DNA of 64,000 bases, from contig JAOUFY010000002.1 of the NCBI GenBank assembly GCA_029857955.1, forward strand, positions 58,141 through 122,140. The letters run 5' to 3'. Positions 18,370 to 28,618 of the stretch are shown one piece after another. A model generated the notes under the pieces. That model saw nothing but the letters and a program-made list of their open reading frames with translations. It ran no database searches and had not been told where the DNA came from. How positions within the stretch are numbered: the first letter of the stretch is position 1; each line of letters starts with the position of its first letter. Both the position numbers and the translations under genes were made by a program. This DNA is from Spirochaetia bacterium. Its GTDB lineage: Bacteria > Spirochaetota > Leptospiria > Turneriellales > JAOUFE01.

Positions 18370-19320
18370 ATGGAAGATCGTAATCTCAAGAATGACTGGA
18401 CAATCGTTAAAGGAAAGTTATTTACTCCAAAACAAAATTTTTATGGTCTAATGATCATTTTTTATGACAATAATAGAAATGTGGTAGATAATGTAAATTT
18501 AGTATTTTCGATGTATTCAGAAACTCATGATATTGAACTAACGGATAGCTGGATTAAGTTTGAAAAAACAATACAAGATATGATCTTTGGTGCAAACTTC
18601 TCTCAATCTTTTACGATGACAGCTATAGATAAATTAAAAGCTGACACCAATTCAAATTTGTTTGCAAGTGAATTAAAAACAAGTTTAAACAAGCAAGATA
18701 TAACCGCCATCAATACATTATTTAAACATATATTTTCTAAAATAATAAATGATGAAAAAATCGTTATTGACTGTGCTTTTGAAGAAATTTCACATAAAGA
18801 ATTAATTGATGGAAGAATTAGAGAAGATGTAAACACAATTGAAAATGATGATTTCAGTGAAAGCATAAGCACTCCTCCTGATTATAAATTGATCAACGCA
18901 AAATTAATTCTTGCTCCAATTGACGGTAAATTAATTACCGAATTAAACGTTGGCGACTCAATAATGGTTAATTTAATCATAATGAGTATGGCTGAAAATG
19001 CTGTAATTGATAAATTAAAACTGCGAAAACCAGATGGTAGCGCAAAACCCGTGCCGGCTAAAATTGTTAAAATTCAGCCCTATGCAAAAGGATTTCAATT
19101 GTTAGTTAACATTACAGAAAATTATTATGCAAAAATAATTGAAGAAGAAAGAATTTTAGTAAAAACAGTTAATTCGCCGCTTGTTAAAGATAAAGGAAAA
19201 TTAACAGATAAAAAAAATAAAAATAATGATAATGAAAAAAGTGGTATTTCATGGATTATGATTGGAACCGTTGTCGTTCTTGGTATCGCGATCATTTACT
19301 TTGTATTTATTGGCGGATAA
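18370..19320 (+). CDS. Hypothetical protein with C-terminal membrane anchor
   Basis: 316 aa. K/N-rich linker, then TM helix ISWIMIGTVVVLGIAIIYFVFIGG at the extreme C-terminus. No known motif. Confidence 0.5.
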   Translation: MEDRNLKNDWTIVKGKLFTPKQNFYGLMIIFYDNNRNVVDNVNLVFSMYSETHDIELTDSWIKFEKTIQDMIFGANFSQSFTMTAIDKLKADTNSNLFASELKTSLNKQDITAINTLFKHIFSKIINDEKIVIDCAFEEISHKELIDGRIREDVNTIENDDFSESISTPPDYKLINAKLILAPIDGKLITELNVGDSIMVNLIIMSMAENAVIDKLKLRKPDGSAKPVPAKIVKIQPYAKGFQLLVNITENYYAKIIEEERILVKTVNSPLVKDKGKLTDKKNKNNDNEKSGISWIMIGTVVVLGIAIIYFVFIGG

Positions 19321-19701
19321 ATGAAAGATCAACAATATTTTCGACTCCTTACGATCATAGCGACTATTTTAGTATTTAGTTTAATAATTGGAGATGTAAT
19401 AATGGCTCCCATTATTATGTACCATGATCTTTTAGTTGAGTTTTTTGGATGGTTATTTTTAATTTTAATAATACTTTTAACCTTAAGTAAATTTATTGCT
19501 AATTTTAAAGTGATTAAATATTCAAAAAAACTAACAACCTATAGTTCTGTATTTAAAAAAACATTTACCACTACATTTTTACAAATATTTCAAAAAACCA
19601 GGGGGGTTGTAATGTATCTGGTTTTTATAATTATTGTCGGATTCTTAACTTTTTTTACAATTTGGTTAAACAGTAAAATAGTAACAATAAATATAAATTA
19701 A
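19321..19701 (+). CDS. Hypothetical small membrane protein
   Basis: 126 aa, 3-4 TM helices. The ATG directly abuts the previous stop (TAAATG). Confidence 0.45.
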   Translation: MKDQQYFRLLTIIATILVFSLIIGDVIMAPIIMYHDLLVEFFGWLFLILIILLTLSKFIANFKVIKYSKKLTTYSSVFKKTFTTTFLQIFQKTRGVVMYLVFIIIVGFLTFFTIWLNSKIVTININ

Positions 19702-19710
19702 TAATTTTTA

Positions 19711-20544
19711 TTAATTCTGAAGATTTTGAATCTGGGGATTTAAATTATCAATAGTTCCTGTCAAATTGATGATTATATTTGGATTTTTTTGCATCAATGC
19801 ATTTAACATATTTTTTTCTTCAGGATATTTGTTACTGAACTCTTCTAATGGTAAAATATTTAATTGTATATTAATATTATACGGATAAACAATAGTAACA
19901 TTTCCCGTTAATGTTATCTTAGCAATGTCAGTAAGTATCTCGGAAGGTTCTAGTTGATAAATACTGTTTATTATATGACCTTTTATATTACCTGTTTTTA
20001 TTAAAGCAATATAATTTGAATTCATCATTTTATATTGAATCATTGCATCTTTTACGGTAAGTTTTACAGTTCCATCCCATTGTTGAGTATTTTTTTGGAT
20101 ATTTTTTATATTCGACAAGATGTTCCATGAACCGGCAGATAATAATCCATCTTTAAACGGTACTTTAACGCTTCGTATATTTATATTCGATTCTAAATTT
20201 TTTGAAAAAAGTAATTTAAAAATTGAAACTTCCCCGCCTGTATACTCTACTTTTATTTGATCAGAAATGCCCTGTCGTGTTTGAAAAGTATATCTTAAAC
20301 GTTCCATGTTAAAATTTCCTGACAAATGAATTTCTAATTTATCAATTTCAACAGGATAACCTTCTTTTTGAATCATATATTTTGCGATAACTTCAAAGTT
20401 AAAAAAATAAATAAAACCAACAGTAAAACTAATGATTAAAATAATCGTCGGAACTATAAACAAAGTTATTTTTTTAAATTTTGTTTTATTGTCATTTATG
20501 AGTAAATTTTCCTGGTCTTCAGATAACGGATTTTCACTATTCAA
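19711..20544 (-). CDS. gspN: Putative type II secretion system protein N-like
   Basis: Last gene after gspK-L-M. Single N-terminal TM (ITLFIVPTIILIISFTVGFIYFF) plus a beta-rich periplasmic part. The track ORF starts at TTG 20598. I prefer TTG 20544, which is preceded by AGGAGA at 6 nt. The family call rests on position and topology only. Confidence 0.4.
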   Translation of the reverse strand: MNSENPLSEDQENLLINDNKTKFKKITLFIVPTIILIISFTVGFIYFFNFEVIAKYMIQKEGYPVEIDKLEIHLSGNFNMERLRYTFQTRQGISDQIKVEYTGGEVSIFKLLFSKNLESNINIRSVKVPFKDGLLSAGSWNILSNIKNIQKNTQQWDGTVKLTVKDAMIQYKMMNSNYIALIKTGNIKGHIINSIYQLEPSEILTDIAKITLTGNVTIVYPYNINIQLNILPLEEFSNKYPEEKNMLNALMQKNPNIIINLTGTIDNLNPQIQNLQN

Positions 20545-20572
20545 TTTAATTCTCCTGTAATATGAATAAACT

Positions 20573-21076
20573 TTATTCTTTATTTTTAAATGCAGCAATT
20601 TTCATCGAAATTCTGTATATACCGGCTTTATTGGTTATGGGTACTGTTTGAAAATATTCGATGGTATATGGTATTGTATTGTGATCTTCTAATTCACGAA
20701 TTATATTGAGTATACTTGAAGCATCAATTTCCTTAAATTCAATGCTGACCAGTCTTTTTAAAAACTTGTTTTCTATTATACTGTCGCTAGGTTGTAATGT
20801 TGCATTATTTCTAACGCCATATTTTTGCAAAAGAGATTCAATCTGGGGAATCATCGGATCAAGATCAATTTTATCAGAAGTCCTAAGTACAGCTAATTTT
20901 TTAAATTCTTTACCGTACTGAATCATATTTGCTTCATCTATTTGAGCTTCTTTTATTTTTGCATCAAGAGAAAAAATATGATCGTTTAAATAATTAAAAC
21001 TAAAATAAATAATTAAAATAAATAAAAATATCAAACCAGCAAATATAAATCTTTTTTCTCTTAAAGTAAAATTCAT
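20573..21076 (-). CDS. gspM: Putative type II secretion system protein M
   Basis: 167 aa. N-terminal TM (FIFAGLIFLFILIIYFSF) plus a small periplasmic domain. Abuts gspL (stop and start adjacent). Confidence 0.5.
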   Translation of the reverse strand: MNFTLREKRFIFAGLIFLFILIIYFSFNYLNDHIFSLDAKIKEAQIDEANMIQYGKEFKKLAVLRTSDKIDLDPMIPQIESLLQKYGVRNNATLQPSDSIIENKFLKRLVSIEFKEIDASSILNIIRELEDHNTIPYTIEYFQTVPITNKAGIYRISMKIAAFKNKE

Positions 21077-22660
21077 TTAATTTTCCTGTATTTTAGGTTT
21101 TATGATTATATTAAATCTAACCCTGTTTTTTCCATCTGCTGAAAGATAGGTTCTTTGTTCTTTCATCTCAATTTCTTTAAAAATTGGATTAACTGTTATA
21201 AGACTTTTGATATTATTAATTTCATTAAAATCCATGGCATTTCCATTTATGTTAATTATATTGTTTGAGTATACAAATCTTTCTATTTGTATACTTGATG
21301 ATTTAATTAAACTTTTATTTAACTCATAAAGTATCAATGATAATTTAATTTTATTACTTTGAAGCTTATAGACCTCTGACCTTTTCTTCTGCTCGTCAAC
21401 CAACATAGAAGCCTGGGTTGTAATGGATGTTTGATCATCAGGTTTTTTATTAAATAGAGTCGTAAAAAGTTCAATTTTTTTCTTTTGAATTATTGAATAA
21501 TGTTTTTGCTTTTGCAAAATATTTATAACAAATGAGCTGGAAAATAATACAAATGATAAAAATAACACAGCATACATAAGTTTATCTGAATGATCTTTAC
21601 GTTTTTTAAATAATTTTTTAAGATTAGAATCCAATAAATTTAAATATTGATTAGATGAAATGGCATTTACCATTCCAACAGGAATAATAAAAGATCGACC
21701 GATTAAAGAAATCGGCGTTCGTCCATATGGAAATGGGTTTATACCTAGAGATATTTTTTCAGATAGTATGTTTTCTAAAAAAACCTGATTTTCTAAATCG
21801 CTCATAAGTACAATGTTCTTTACAGAAGATACGTCAGTATAAAATTTTCTTAAAGTAGAGTTTAATTCATGATTTACATTTTTGCTGAATTGAGTCAATA
21901 ACTCTACAAGTTCTTTTGATTTAACGCTGCTTAATTTAAATTTTTCTTTATAATATTCAAAATCAACGATATCTGAATCCGAAACAGGTATTTCTGTAAA
22001 AATTTTTTTACTTTCTTGCGTATCTTTTTTCCACTTCCTGGATATATCTAAAAATAATCGTTCATACCCCAGGGGAACTAATCTTGAAAATTGCCAAACA
22101 CCCTGATTTACAATTAAAAATATTGAGTAATTACCCGACATATAAAGAATGCATGCAACTGGTTCTTCAAGAGATGAAGTAAGTTGCAGTAGTGAATCGC
22201 CTGGTACATATATTCCCTTTAGTTTTAATTCATTTTTTAAAAAAAATTGAATATATTTTTCAAGAAAAGTTTTTCGACAAGCCGTTACAATGATATGCGT
22301 TTTTTCTTCATTTTCATCAGGATAAGCATGATAATCATAAAAAATATCAGATATTTCATATGGCAGTTGTGATTCAAGCTCAAATGGTAATAAATCTTTA
22401 ATTTTACTTCGTCCTTTAAATGGTAATGTAAATTCTCTTAATATTAATTCTTCAATGGGTACATTTATATAAATACCCGTATTTTCAAAAAAATGTTCTC
22501 TTATAAAATAATTTAATTCATCATTTTGACTTTCAAAATCATTACTTTCAAATTGATAACTTTTAGGTTGTTCGAAATTTCCACCAAAATTATTTAATTT
22601 AAACGGCATTGCTCTCAAATGAGTATTTGTTCTTTCAATTATGACAGGTAATTTTTTCAT
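21077..22660 (-). CDS. gspL: Putative type II secretion system protein L (cytoplasmic actin-like domain + TM + periplasmic domain)
   Basis: 527 aa with one central TM (LMYAVLFLSFVLFSSSFVINIL). Positioned between gspK and gspM. Confidence 0.5.
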   Translation of the reverse strand: MKKLPVIIERTNTHLRAMPFKLNNFGGNFEQPKSYQFESNDFESQNDELNYFIREHFFENTGIYINVPIEELILREFTLPFKGRSKIKDLLPFELESQLPYEISDIFYDYHAYPDENEEKTHIIVTACRKTFLEKYIQFFLKNELKLKGIYVPGDSLLQLTSSLEEPVACILYMSGNYSIFLIVNQGVWQFSRLVPLGYERLFLDISRKWKKDTQESKKIFTEIPVSDSDIVDFEYYKEKFKLSSVKSKELVELLTQFSKNVNHELNSTLRKFYTDVSSVKNIVLMSDLENQVFLENILSEKISLGINPFPYGRTPISLIGRSFIIPVGMVNAISSNQYLNLLDSNLKKLFKKRKDHSDKLMYAVLFLSFVLFSSSFVINILQKQKHYSIIQKKKIELFTTLFNKKPDDQTSITTQASMLVDEQKKRSEVYKLQSNKIKLSLILYELNKSLIKSSSIQIERFVYSNNIININGNAMDFNEINNIKSLITVNPIFKEIEMKEQRTYLSADGKNRVRFNIIIKPKIQEN

Positions 22661-22663
22661 TTT

Positions 22664-23743
22664 TTATTCCAGATAACTAATGATTTTTTTCACATTGGTA
22701 TCATAAAAGCCCATGACTCGAGCAGTTTTTGAACCGACTGACACATCGACAATTATCTTATATATTCTACCGCTATAATTGATTCTTCCGGCAATCTCCT
22801 GCAATAACGTTATTTTTCCAACAGTTGGTAAATGTAATTGTGATATTTTTTCGAGATCAGAAATATTTGAAAAATATCCGCCATTTTTAATCCTTTCTAC
22901 AATAATTGCCCTGGCAACTTCCGGGGTTATAAATTCAGATAATGCTAAAATAACGTGATATGGTGCTGAATTTATATTAATTTTCCAATCACCCTCATTT
23001 GTTTTTTCCGGCATATAGGCTGTTATATTATTACTGAGAATAAAGTCTGAGTCATGAATGGTCATTAACTCCTCTTCGGTCATGAAATCTTTTGAATATT
23101 TTCTCTTTTCTTCATCAGTTCGTCTGTCAGCATATAGTGTCCATGTATCAAAACCTGGAATAAACATCAACTCTTCAACTGAATGTAAATATGAATTCTT
23201 TATTCGTCTTGGCGGATTCATTAAAGCATAATCTTGCTTCTCATATCCAAATGGCATTTTTATATCGTTATCGTCGATCCAATCTATCACAGCATCCCAT
23301 CTGTCATAGCTGATTCCCATTGATTCAGACAATCGATCCAACATTTCACGAATTGCCATATTCACACTTTGATCAGTATAGTTATTATTTACCAGATAAT
23401 TTAAATTTATTTTGCCAGTTTCATCAGTAATTGATATGATCACTTGAGCCTTATTATTGTATGAAAAAGGTTTTGGACCGTCAAAAATACCAAACATATA
23501 CAATTGATTTTCTGGTATTTTACTAAGGATGTTTACTGCAAAAACCATCCAGCTTTGCGCAAAATACCTGGCTTTTACATAATCTGATCTTAATCTTACT
23601 TTATTATATTCAGCAAATGCCTGCTTATAAATGCTTAAAACAGAAATAAAAGTTAATATTAAAATGGTAAAAGTTACCATTATAATAACAAAACCTCTTT
23701 TTTTATAATGAATGAAAAAAAAAACAGATAATTTATTAATCAC
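22664..23743 (-). CDS. gspK: Type II secretion system minor pseudopilin GspK
   Basis: Prepilin-like N-terminus KKRGFVIIMVTFTILILTF. GKINLNYL and ININSAPYHVILAL (NxN(T/S)A motif). SVEELMFIPGF. GTG start. Confidence 0.75.
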   Translation of the reverse strand: MINKLSVFFFIHYKKRGFVIIMVTFTILILTFISVLSIYKQAFAEYNKVRLRSDYVKARYFAQSWMVFAVNILSKIPENQLYMFGIFDGPKPFSYNNKAQVIISITDETGKINLNYLVNNNYTDQSVNMAIREMLDRLSESMGISYDRWDAVIDWIDDNDIKMPFGYEKQDYALMNPPRRIKNSYLHSVEELMFIPGFDTWTLYADRRTDEEKRKYSKDFMTEEELMTIHDSDFILSNNITAYMPEKTNEGDWKININSAPYHVILALSEFITPEVARAIIVERIKNGGYFSNISDLEKISQLHLPTVGKITLLQEIAGRINYSGRIYKIIVDVSVGSKTARVMGFYDTNVKKIISYLE

Positions 23744-23755
23744 AGTCGATGGATG

Positions 23756-24694
23756 CTAGTCCCAAAGTCCTTTTGAATAATATTTATCACCTGAATCAGG
23801 AAGTATCGTAACAATAACAGCCTCATGTACTCCCTGTTTATGTAACTTTTCAGCAAGATGAAGAGCAGACCAGAGGGCTCCACCTGAAGATTGTCCGGAA
23901 AAAATTCCTTCTTCTTTTGCCAATAACCTGGCCATTTCATAGGATGGTTCTGTTGGAACCTCAATGATTCCACTAAACCATGAAGGATCATAAATTTCAG
24001 GTACCAGTGATGATTCCATATGCTTTAATCCCTCCAAACCATGCAATGCATCGTCAGGTTCTGCGGCATAGACTTGAATTTGATTGTTTTTCTCAAGTAG
24101 ATATTTTCCTGTGCCCATGATCGTTCCACTTGTTCCAATAGTTGCAACAAAATGGGTTACCCTTCCTTCCAGTTGATTCCAAATTTCAGGTCCAGTAGAT
24201 ATATAGTGAGCTTTAGGATTGGATGGATTTGCATACTGATCTGGTTTATAATATTTTTTAGATTCTTTTGCGTACATTTCTCTTGCCATTAAAATAGCGC
24301 CATCAGAACCTTCCATCGGTGAAGTATAAATTACTTCAGCACCATAAGATTTAATTTTAGTCTTACGTTCTTTAGATACATTGGAAGGCATACACAGAGT
24401 TACTGGTATTTTTAATACGCTTCCAATCAATGCAAGAGCAATACCTGTGTTACCGCTGGTTGAATCAATGATAACTTTATCAGATGTTAATTCACCTGAT
24501 TCAATGCCATCCATAATCATCTGCATTGCCGGTCGATCTTTTACGGAGCCTCCCGGGTTTGCACCCTCTATTTTTGCCCAGACTTCAATACCCCTTGGTA
24601 AATGTCTGGTTAAATGATTAATTCTTACTATGGGAGTATTTCCAATAGTTTCAAGTATTGTATTTTTCAATTCAATTATAATATCTGACTTCAT
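23756..24694 (-). CDS. cysK: Cysteine synthase / cystathionine beta-synthase-like PLP enzyme (fold type II)
   Basis: PLP-lysine context GGSVKDRPA, STSGNTGIALA, GTSGTIMGTG. 312 aa with no CBS-pair domains. Confidence 0.8.
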   Translation of the reverse strand: MKSDIIIELKNTILETIGNTPIVRINHLTRHLPRGIEVWAKIEGANPGGSVKDRPAMQMIMDGIESGELTSDKVIIDSTSGNTGIALALIGSVLKIPVTLCMPSNVSKERKTKIKSYGAEVIYTSPMEGSDGAILMAREMYAKESKKYYKPDQYANPSNPKAHYISTGPEIWNQLEGRVTHFVATIGTSGTIMGTGKYLLEKNNQIQVYAAEPDDALHGLEGLKHMESSLVPEIYDPSWFSGIIEVPTEPSYEMARLLAKEEGIFSGQSSGGALWSALHLAEKLHKQGVHEAVIVTILPDSGDKYYSKGLWD

Positions 24695-24697
24695 AAA

Positions 24698-25900
24698 CTA
24701 TATTTTACTTAGCGCTTGATCCAAATCTTTTATCAGATCTTCTGTATCTTCAATACCAATAGAAAATCGAATTAAATTATCATAAATCCCGATACTTTCT
24801 CTTTCTTGAGTGGTTAATTCGTAATAACTCATCAATGAGGGTTGTTCAATTAACGACTCAACTCCACCAATCGATGGAGCAATTTTAGGTATCTTCATCG
24901 AATCAATAAATTTAGTACCCGTTTCAAGATTACCTTTAATCTGAAAGGATACTACACCGCCAAATGCCTTCATATATTTTTTTGCAATTTCATAATCCGG
25001 ATGCGATTTTAATCCTGGATACCAAACTTTATCGATTTTAGAATGCTTCTCAAGATAATTGGCAATGATCATCGCTGATTCATTTTGTCGTTGCATACGT
25101 AACGGGAAAGTTTTTAATCCCCTTATAATTAAATAACTGGAATTTGGATCTGAAATACCCCCAATAATTGCCTGAAGTTCCTTTATTGCTGATATGATGG
25201 TAGACTTTCCAAGTAATACTCCGGCAAGTACATCATTGTGACCTGATAAATATTTTGTTACAGAATGTGTAACAATATCAACTCCATAGTCAAGTGGTTT
25301 AAAGTTAAATGGAGTTGCTAAAGTTGAATCTATCATTATTTTTATACGATGTTTATGTCCAATGGCAACAATTTTTTCAAAGTCGACTACCCTTAAATAC
25401 GGATTTGTTGGACTTTCTGATATAATTAAACGGGTATTATTTTTAATAACTTTTTCTACACTTTCGGCATCAGGTTCTGTTAGTGTAAATTCAACTCCAT
25501 AACGACTCATGATCTGTCGAATAAACTGGCGTGTACGACGATATGAATCTGAAGTTATGACAATGTGGTCTCCCATTTTACAAATTGCAAAAATTGCAGT
25601 TGTAATTGCGCTCATACCACTTGGGAATAAAAGTGCAGCCTCTGCATTTTCAAGTTTGCATAATTTATCCTCAGCAACTTCCTGCGTTGGATTTCCATAA
25701 CGCCCGTATTCACTTATACGCTGACTTCGACCTTCAAAAAAATCACGTAATTGAGCTGTATTTTCAAAAGTATATGTTGAAGTTTGGTAAATGGGAGTAG
25801 TTATTGCGTATTTATCATTAAATTCGTATTCACCGCCATGAACCGATTTTGTAGTCTCCCCTGCTTCTTGTTCAAGTATTATCTTTTTTTCGCCCATCAT
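24698..25900 (-). CDS. Cys/Met-metabolism PLP enzyme (cystathionine gamma-synthase / gamma-lyase family)
   Basis: PLP-lysine motif HSVTKYLSGHNDVLAG. YGRYGNPT near the N-terminus. 400 aa. Confidence 0.8.
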   Translation of the reverse strand: MMGEKKIILEQEAGETTKSVHGGEYEFNDKYAITTPIYQTSTYTFENTAQLRDFFEGRSQRISEYGRYGNPTQEVAEDKLCKLENAEAALLFPSGMSAITTAIFAICKMGDHIVITSDSYRRTRQFIRQIMSRYGVEFTLTEPDAESVEKVIKNNTRLIISESPTNPYLRVVDFEKIVAIGHKHRIKIMIDSTLATPFNFKPLDYGVDIVTHSVTKYLSGHNDVLAGVLLGKSTIISAIKELQAIIGGISDPNSSYLIIRGLKTFPLRMQRQNESAMIIANYLEKHSKIDKVWYPGLKSHPDYEIAKKYMKAFGGVVSFQIKGNLETGTKFIDSMKIPKIAPSIGGVESLIEQPSLMSYYELTTQERESIGIYDNLIRFSIGIEDTEDLIKDLDQALSKI

Positions 25901-25905
25901 TCACC

Positions 25906-27255
25906 TTATTCTAGACCATGTTTCATTAATTCTTCGACTTTTTTATGAACTAACTTTTTAACAATATCAATGTTGGCTTCAATTTCAATAGGAATATTTT
26001 GATATTTTACATTTACCTCATCGAGAGTATTTTCGTGATATTTTACTTTAAAATCGGTAAATTTTAAACCATTTGCAGTAGAAATGACTACAACAGTTTC
26101 TTCATGTTGAATTGTATTACTTGACTTCAATTTCTGCAATGCTGCCAGAGCAACTCCCGTATGCGGGTCTGTCATTAAACCGGAAAAATCTGCCAGAGCA
26201 GATGCATTGGCGAGTTCATCTTCAGAGGTTTGTTCAACGACTCCATTAAATCTTCGTAGTGTTTTTATAGCTTTATTAACCGAAACAGGATTACCTATTT
26301 GAATGGCTGACGCCAATGTTTTTTGAGCCTTTACCGGTTTAAATTCTTCAAACCCTTTTTTAAAAGACTCATAAAGAGGACTTGCTTTTTCTGCCTGTGC
26401 CAAAGCTATTCTTGGAAGTTTTTGAATCAGACCAAGTTCAAGAAGCATAAGTAGACCATTTCCCAGAGCAGATACGTTTCCTAGATTTCCGCCAGGTATA
26501 ATAAACCAATCTGGAACTCTCCAATCTAACTGTTGAATCACCTCAATGCCGACTGTTTTTTGACCTTCAATACGAAGACTATTCATAGAATTTGCAAGAT
26601 AGATTTCTTTTTCATAGGTTAATTCTTGAACAATTTTCATACATCCGTCAAAATCAGTATCTAGCGCAAGAACCATAGCTCCATTTGCGACAGGTTGTAT
26701 AAGTTGTGTTAGAGACACCTTATTTTTAGGTAAAAGTATAATTGCTGGAATTTCAGCATTCGCTGCATAAGCTGCTAGAGCGGCAGAAGTATCGCCTGTT
26801 GAAGCGCAAGCTATTGCTCGAATAGGTTGACCAGCTGCAATCATTGATTTAACCTGACTGACTAAAACCGTCATACCTAAATCTTTAAAGGATCCTGTGT
26901 GGCTATTACCGCATAGCTTGACCCATATTTCTCGTTGTTTAAAAAGTTTTTCTAAACGCTGTGATCGAAATAAATTAGTCGCCCCTTCATACATAGATAC
27001 TATATGTTCACTGTCAATTTCTGGCAAAATCCATTCTTTTTTGCCCCACACACCAGAGCCATAAGGAAATTCAGAAGAACGATATCGATCATTAAATAAC
27101 GAAATCCAGCTTTGAGACGATCTGTCTTTTAATGCATCCATATCATGAATAACTTCAAGTAAATTATTACATGTTGGACATCGATATATTACAGTATTTA
27201 AACTAATTTTATCTGTACATCCATTAATACAACGAAAATGCGCTGAATATCTCAT
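25906..27255 (-). CDS. thrC: Threonine synthase (long form with N-terminal Zn-ribbon)
   Basis: N-terminal C..C...C..C (CINGC...CPTC). PLP lysine [23 protein letters not shown]. 449 aa. Confidence 0.8.
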   Translation of the reverse strand: MRYSAHFRCINGCTDKISLNTVIYRCPTCNNLLEVIHDMDALKDRSSQSWISLFNDRYRSSEFPYGSGVWGKKEWILPEIDSEHIVSMYEGATNLFRSQRLEKLFKQREIWVKLCGNSHTGSFKDLGMTVLVSQVKSMIAAGQPIRAIACASTGDTSAALAAYAANAEIPAIILLPKNKVSLTQLIQPVANGAMVLALDTDFDGCMKIVQELTYEKEIYLANSMNSLRIEGQKTVGIEVIQQLDWRVPDWFIIPGGNLGNVSALGNGLLMLLELGLIQKLPRIALAQAEKASPLYESFKKGFEEFKPVKAQKTLASAIQIGNPVSVNKAIKTLRRFNGVVEQTSEDELANASALADFSGLMTDPHTGVALAALQKLKSSNTIQHEETVVVISTANGLKFTDFKVKYHENTLDEVNVKYQNIPIEIEANIDIVKKLVHKKVEELMKHGLE

Positions 27256-27445
27256 ATTTCAGTCAAACATTTAAATTAAAGACAAGCTATCAACAAAACA
27301 ATTATAAATATAGATGGTTTTTTTAAATGAATAACCTGCGATTTTTAAGTTATACATAAAATAATATATATAACAAATTCCAGGTATTAAATTGAAAAAC
27401 CATTTTTCATTTACAGGATAGAAGCAAAAGTTGTAATGAACGACA

Positions 27446-28618
27446 GTGAAATTTCTAGATGTAAAACTTCCAAATCATAACTATCCCATTATTTGGAATA
27501 ACGATTTTTCAAGTCTTGCTAAACTAATTAAAGAAAAGACAGCAAATGGTAAACATTTTTTAATTACAAATAACACATTATTTAATATATACGAGAATGA
27601 AATTCATCAAATTTTTGGAAATTGTCATATTTTAACCCCTCTTGAAGATGGAGAAAGCCATAAAAATTTTACAACAATCACGAAACTTGCTGATGAATTG
27701 TTGCAATATGGAGCCAATAGAAAATCAATTTTATGGGCATTTGGCGGTGGAGTTATCGGAGATATAACAGGTTTTTTAGCCTCCATCTACATGCGCGGTA
27801 TTTCATTTTACCAGATTCCTACAACTCTTCTGTCTATGGTAGATTCATCAGTCGGAGGTAAAACCGGTGTAAATCTTTTACATGGAAAAAACATGATCGG
27901 CACTTTCCATCAACCAGAAGGCGTTTTTATTCATGTAAATTTTTTAAAAACCTTAAGTGAACGTGAGTTTAGATGTGGTTTAAGCGAAGTAATTAAATCT
28001 GCATTACTTGTTGATCAAAACTTTTTTGCATACATGGAAGGTCAAATTCAGCTTATCAATGACCATATTTCCTTTGTAAAGGATCATGAAATTTATTTTC
28101 TAAATTATGAAACTCGCAATGATTTTAAATTAAATGAATCTATTTTAGAAGAACTATCTTTCAGAAGTGTTCAAGTTAAAGCAAATGTAGTTATAGAAGA
28201 TGAAAAAGAATCAGGTCGTCGGGCAATTTTAAACCTGGGTCACACTCTTGCGCATGCTCTTGAAAGTTTTTATAACTATACAAATATAAAACATGGAGAA
28301 GCTGTATCTGTTGGAATTATTTTTGCCGCTCTTCTTTCATTAAAAAAAGGTCTACATCAAAAAGATTTTCAAAGAATTAAAAATATGATTCAAAAATTAC
28401 ATTTAATACATGATTTTAATGATCTTTTAAAAATTAATCCTTTGTTAAATCCCAAGGATAACTTAAATATTTTAATCGATCTTATGAAGGGTGATAAAAA
28501 AAACACTGACGAATCAATTCGATTTATTTTATTACAAGAGATAGGTAAAACTATGTCACCAGAAGCTGTAGATATTCCGATAATATGGAAAACACTTAAG
28601 GAGTTTACATGCCTGTAA
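27446..28618 (+). CDS. aroB: 3-dehydroquinate synthase
   Basis: GGGVIGDITGF, VDSSVGGKTG, metal-binding LNLGHTLAHALE and HGEAV. GTG start. Confidence 0.85.
   Translation: MKFLDVKLPNHNYPIIWNNDFSSLAKLIKEKTANGKHFLITNNTLFNIYENEIHQIFGNCHILTPLEDGESHKNFTTITKLADELLQYGANRKSILWAFGGGVIGDITGFLASIYMRGISFYQIPTTLLSMVDSSVGGKTGVNLLHGKNMIGTFHQPEGVFIHVNFLKTLSEREFRCGLSEVIKSALLVDQNFFAYMEGQIQLINDHISFVKDHEIYFLNYETRNDFKLNESILEELSFRSVQVKANVVIEDEKESGRRAILNLGHTLAHALESFYNYTNIKHGEAVSVGIIFAALLSLKKGLHQKDFQRIKNMIQKLHLIHDFNDLLKINPLLNPKDNLNILIDLMKGDKKNTDESIRFILLQEIGKTMSPEAVDIPIIWKTLKEFTCL

Noticed and set aside
23740-23991. 83-aa ORF overlapping the 3' end of the cysteine-synthase-like gene
   Set aside because: It is out of frame within a gene whose motifs are conserved to the C-terminus. 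It has no SD or motif.
27256-27445. Riboswitch or attenuator upstream of thrC (SAM/Thr), cimA (7335-7539) and ribE (FMN)
   Set aside because: The thrC and cimA leaders are AT-rich and lack the conserved GC-rich helices of SAM, T-box or FMN elements. ribE has only 18 nt of upstream spacer after the tRNA.
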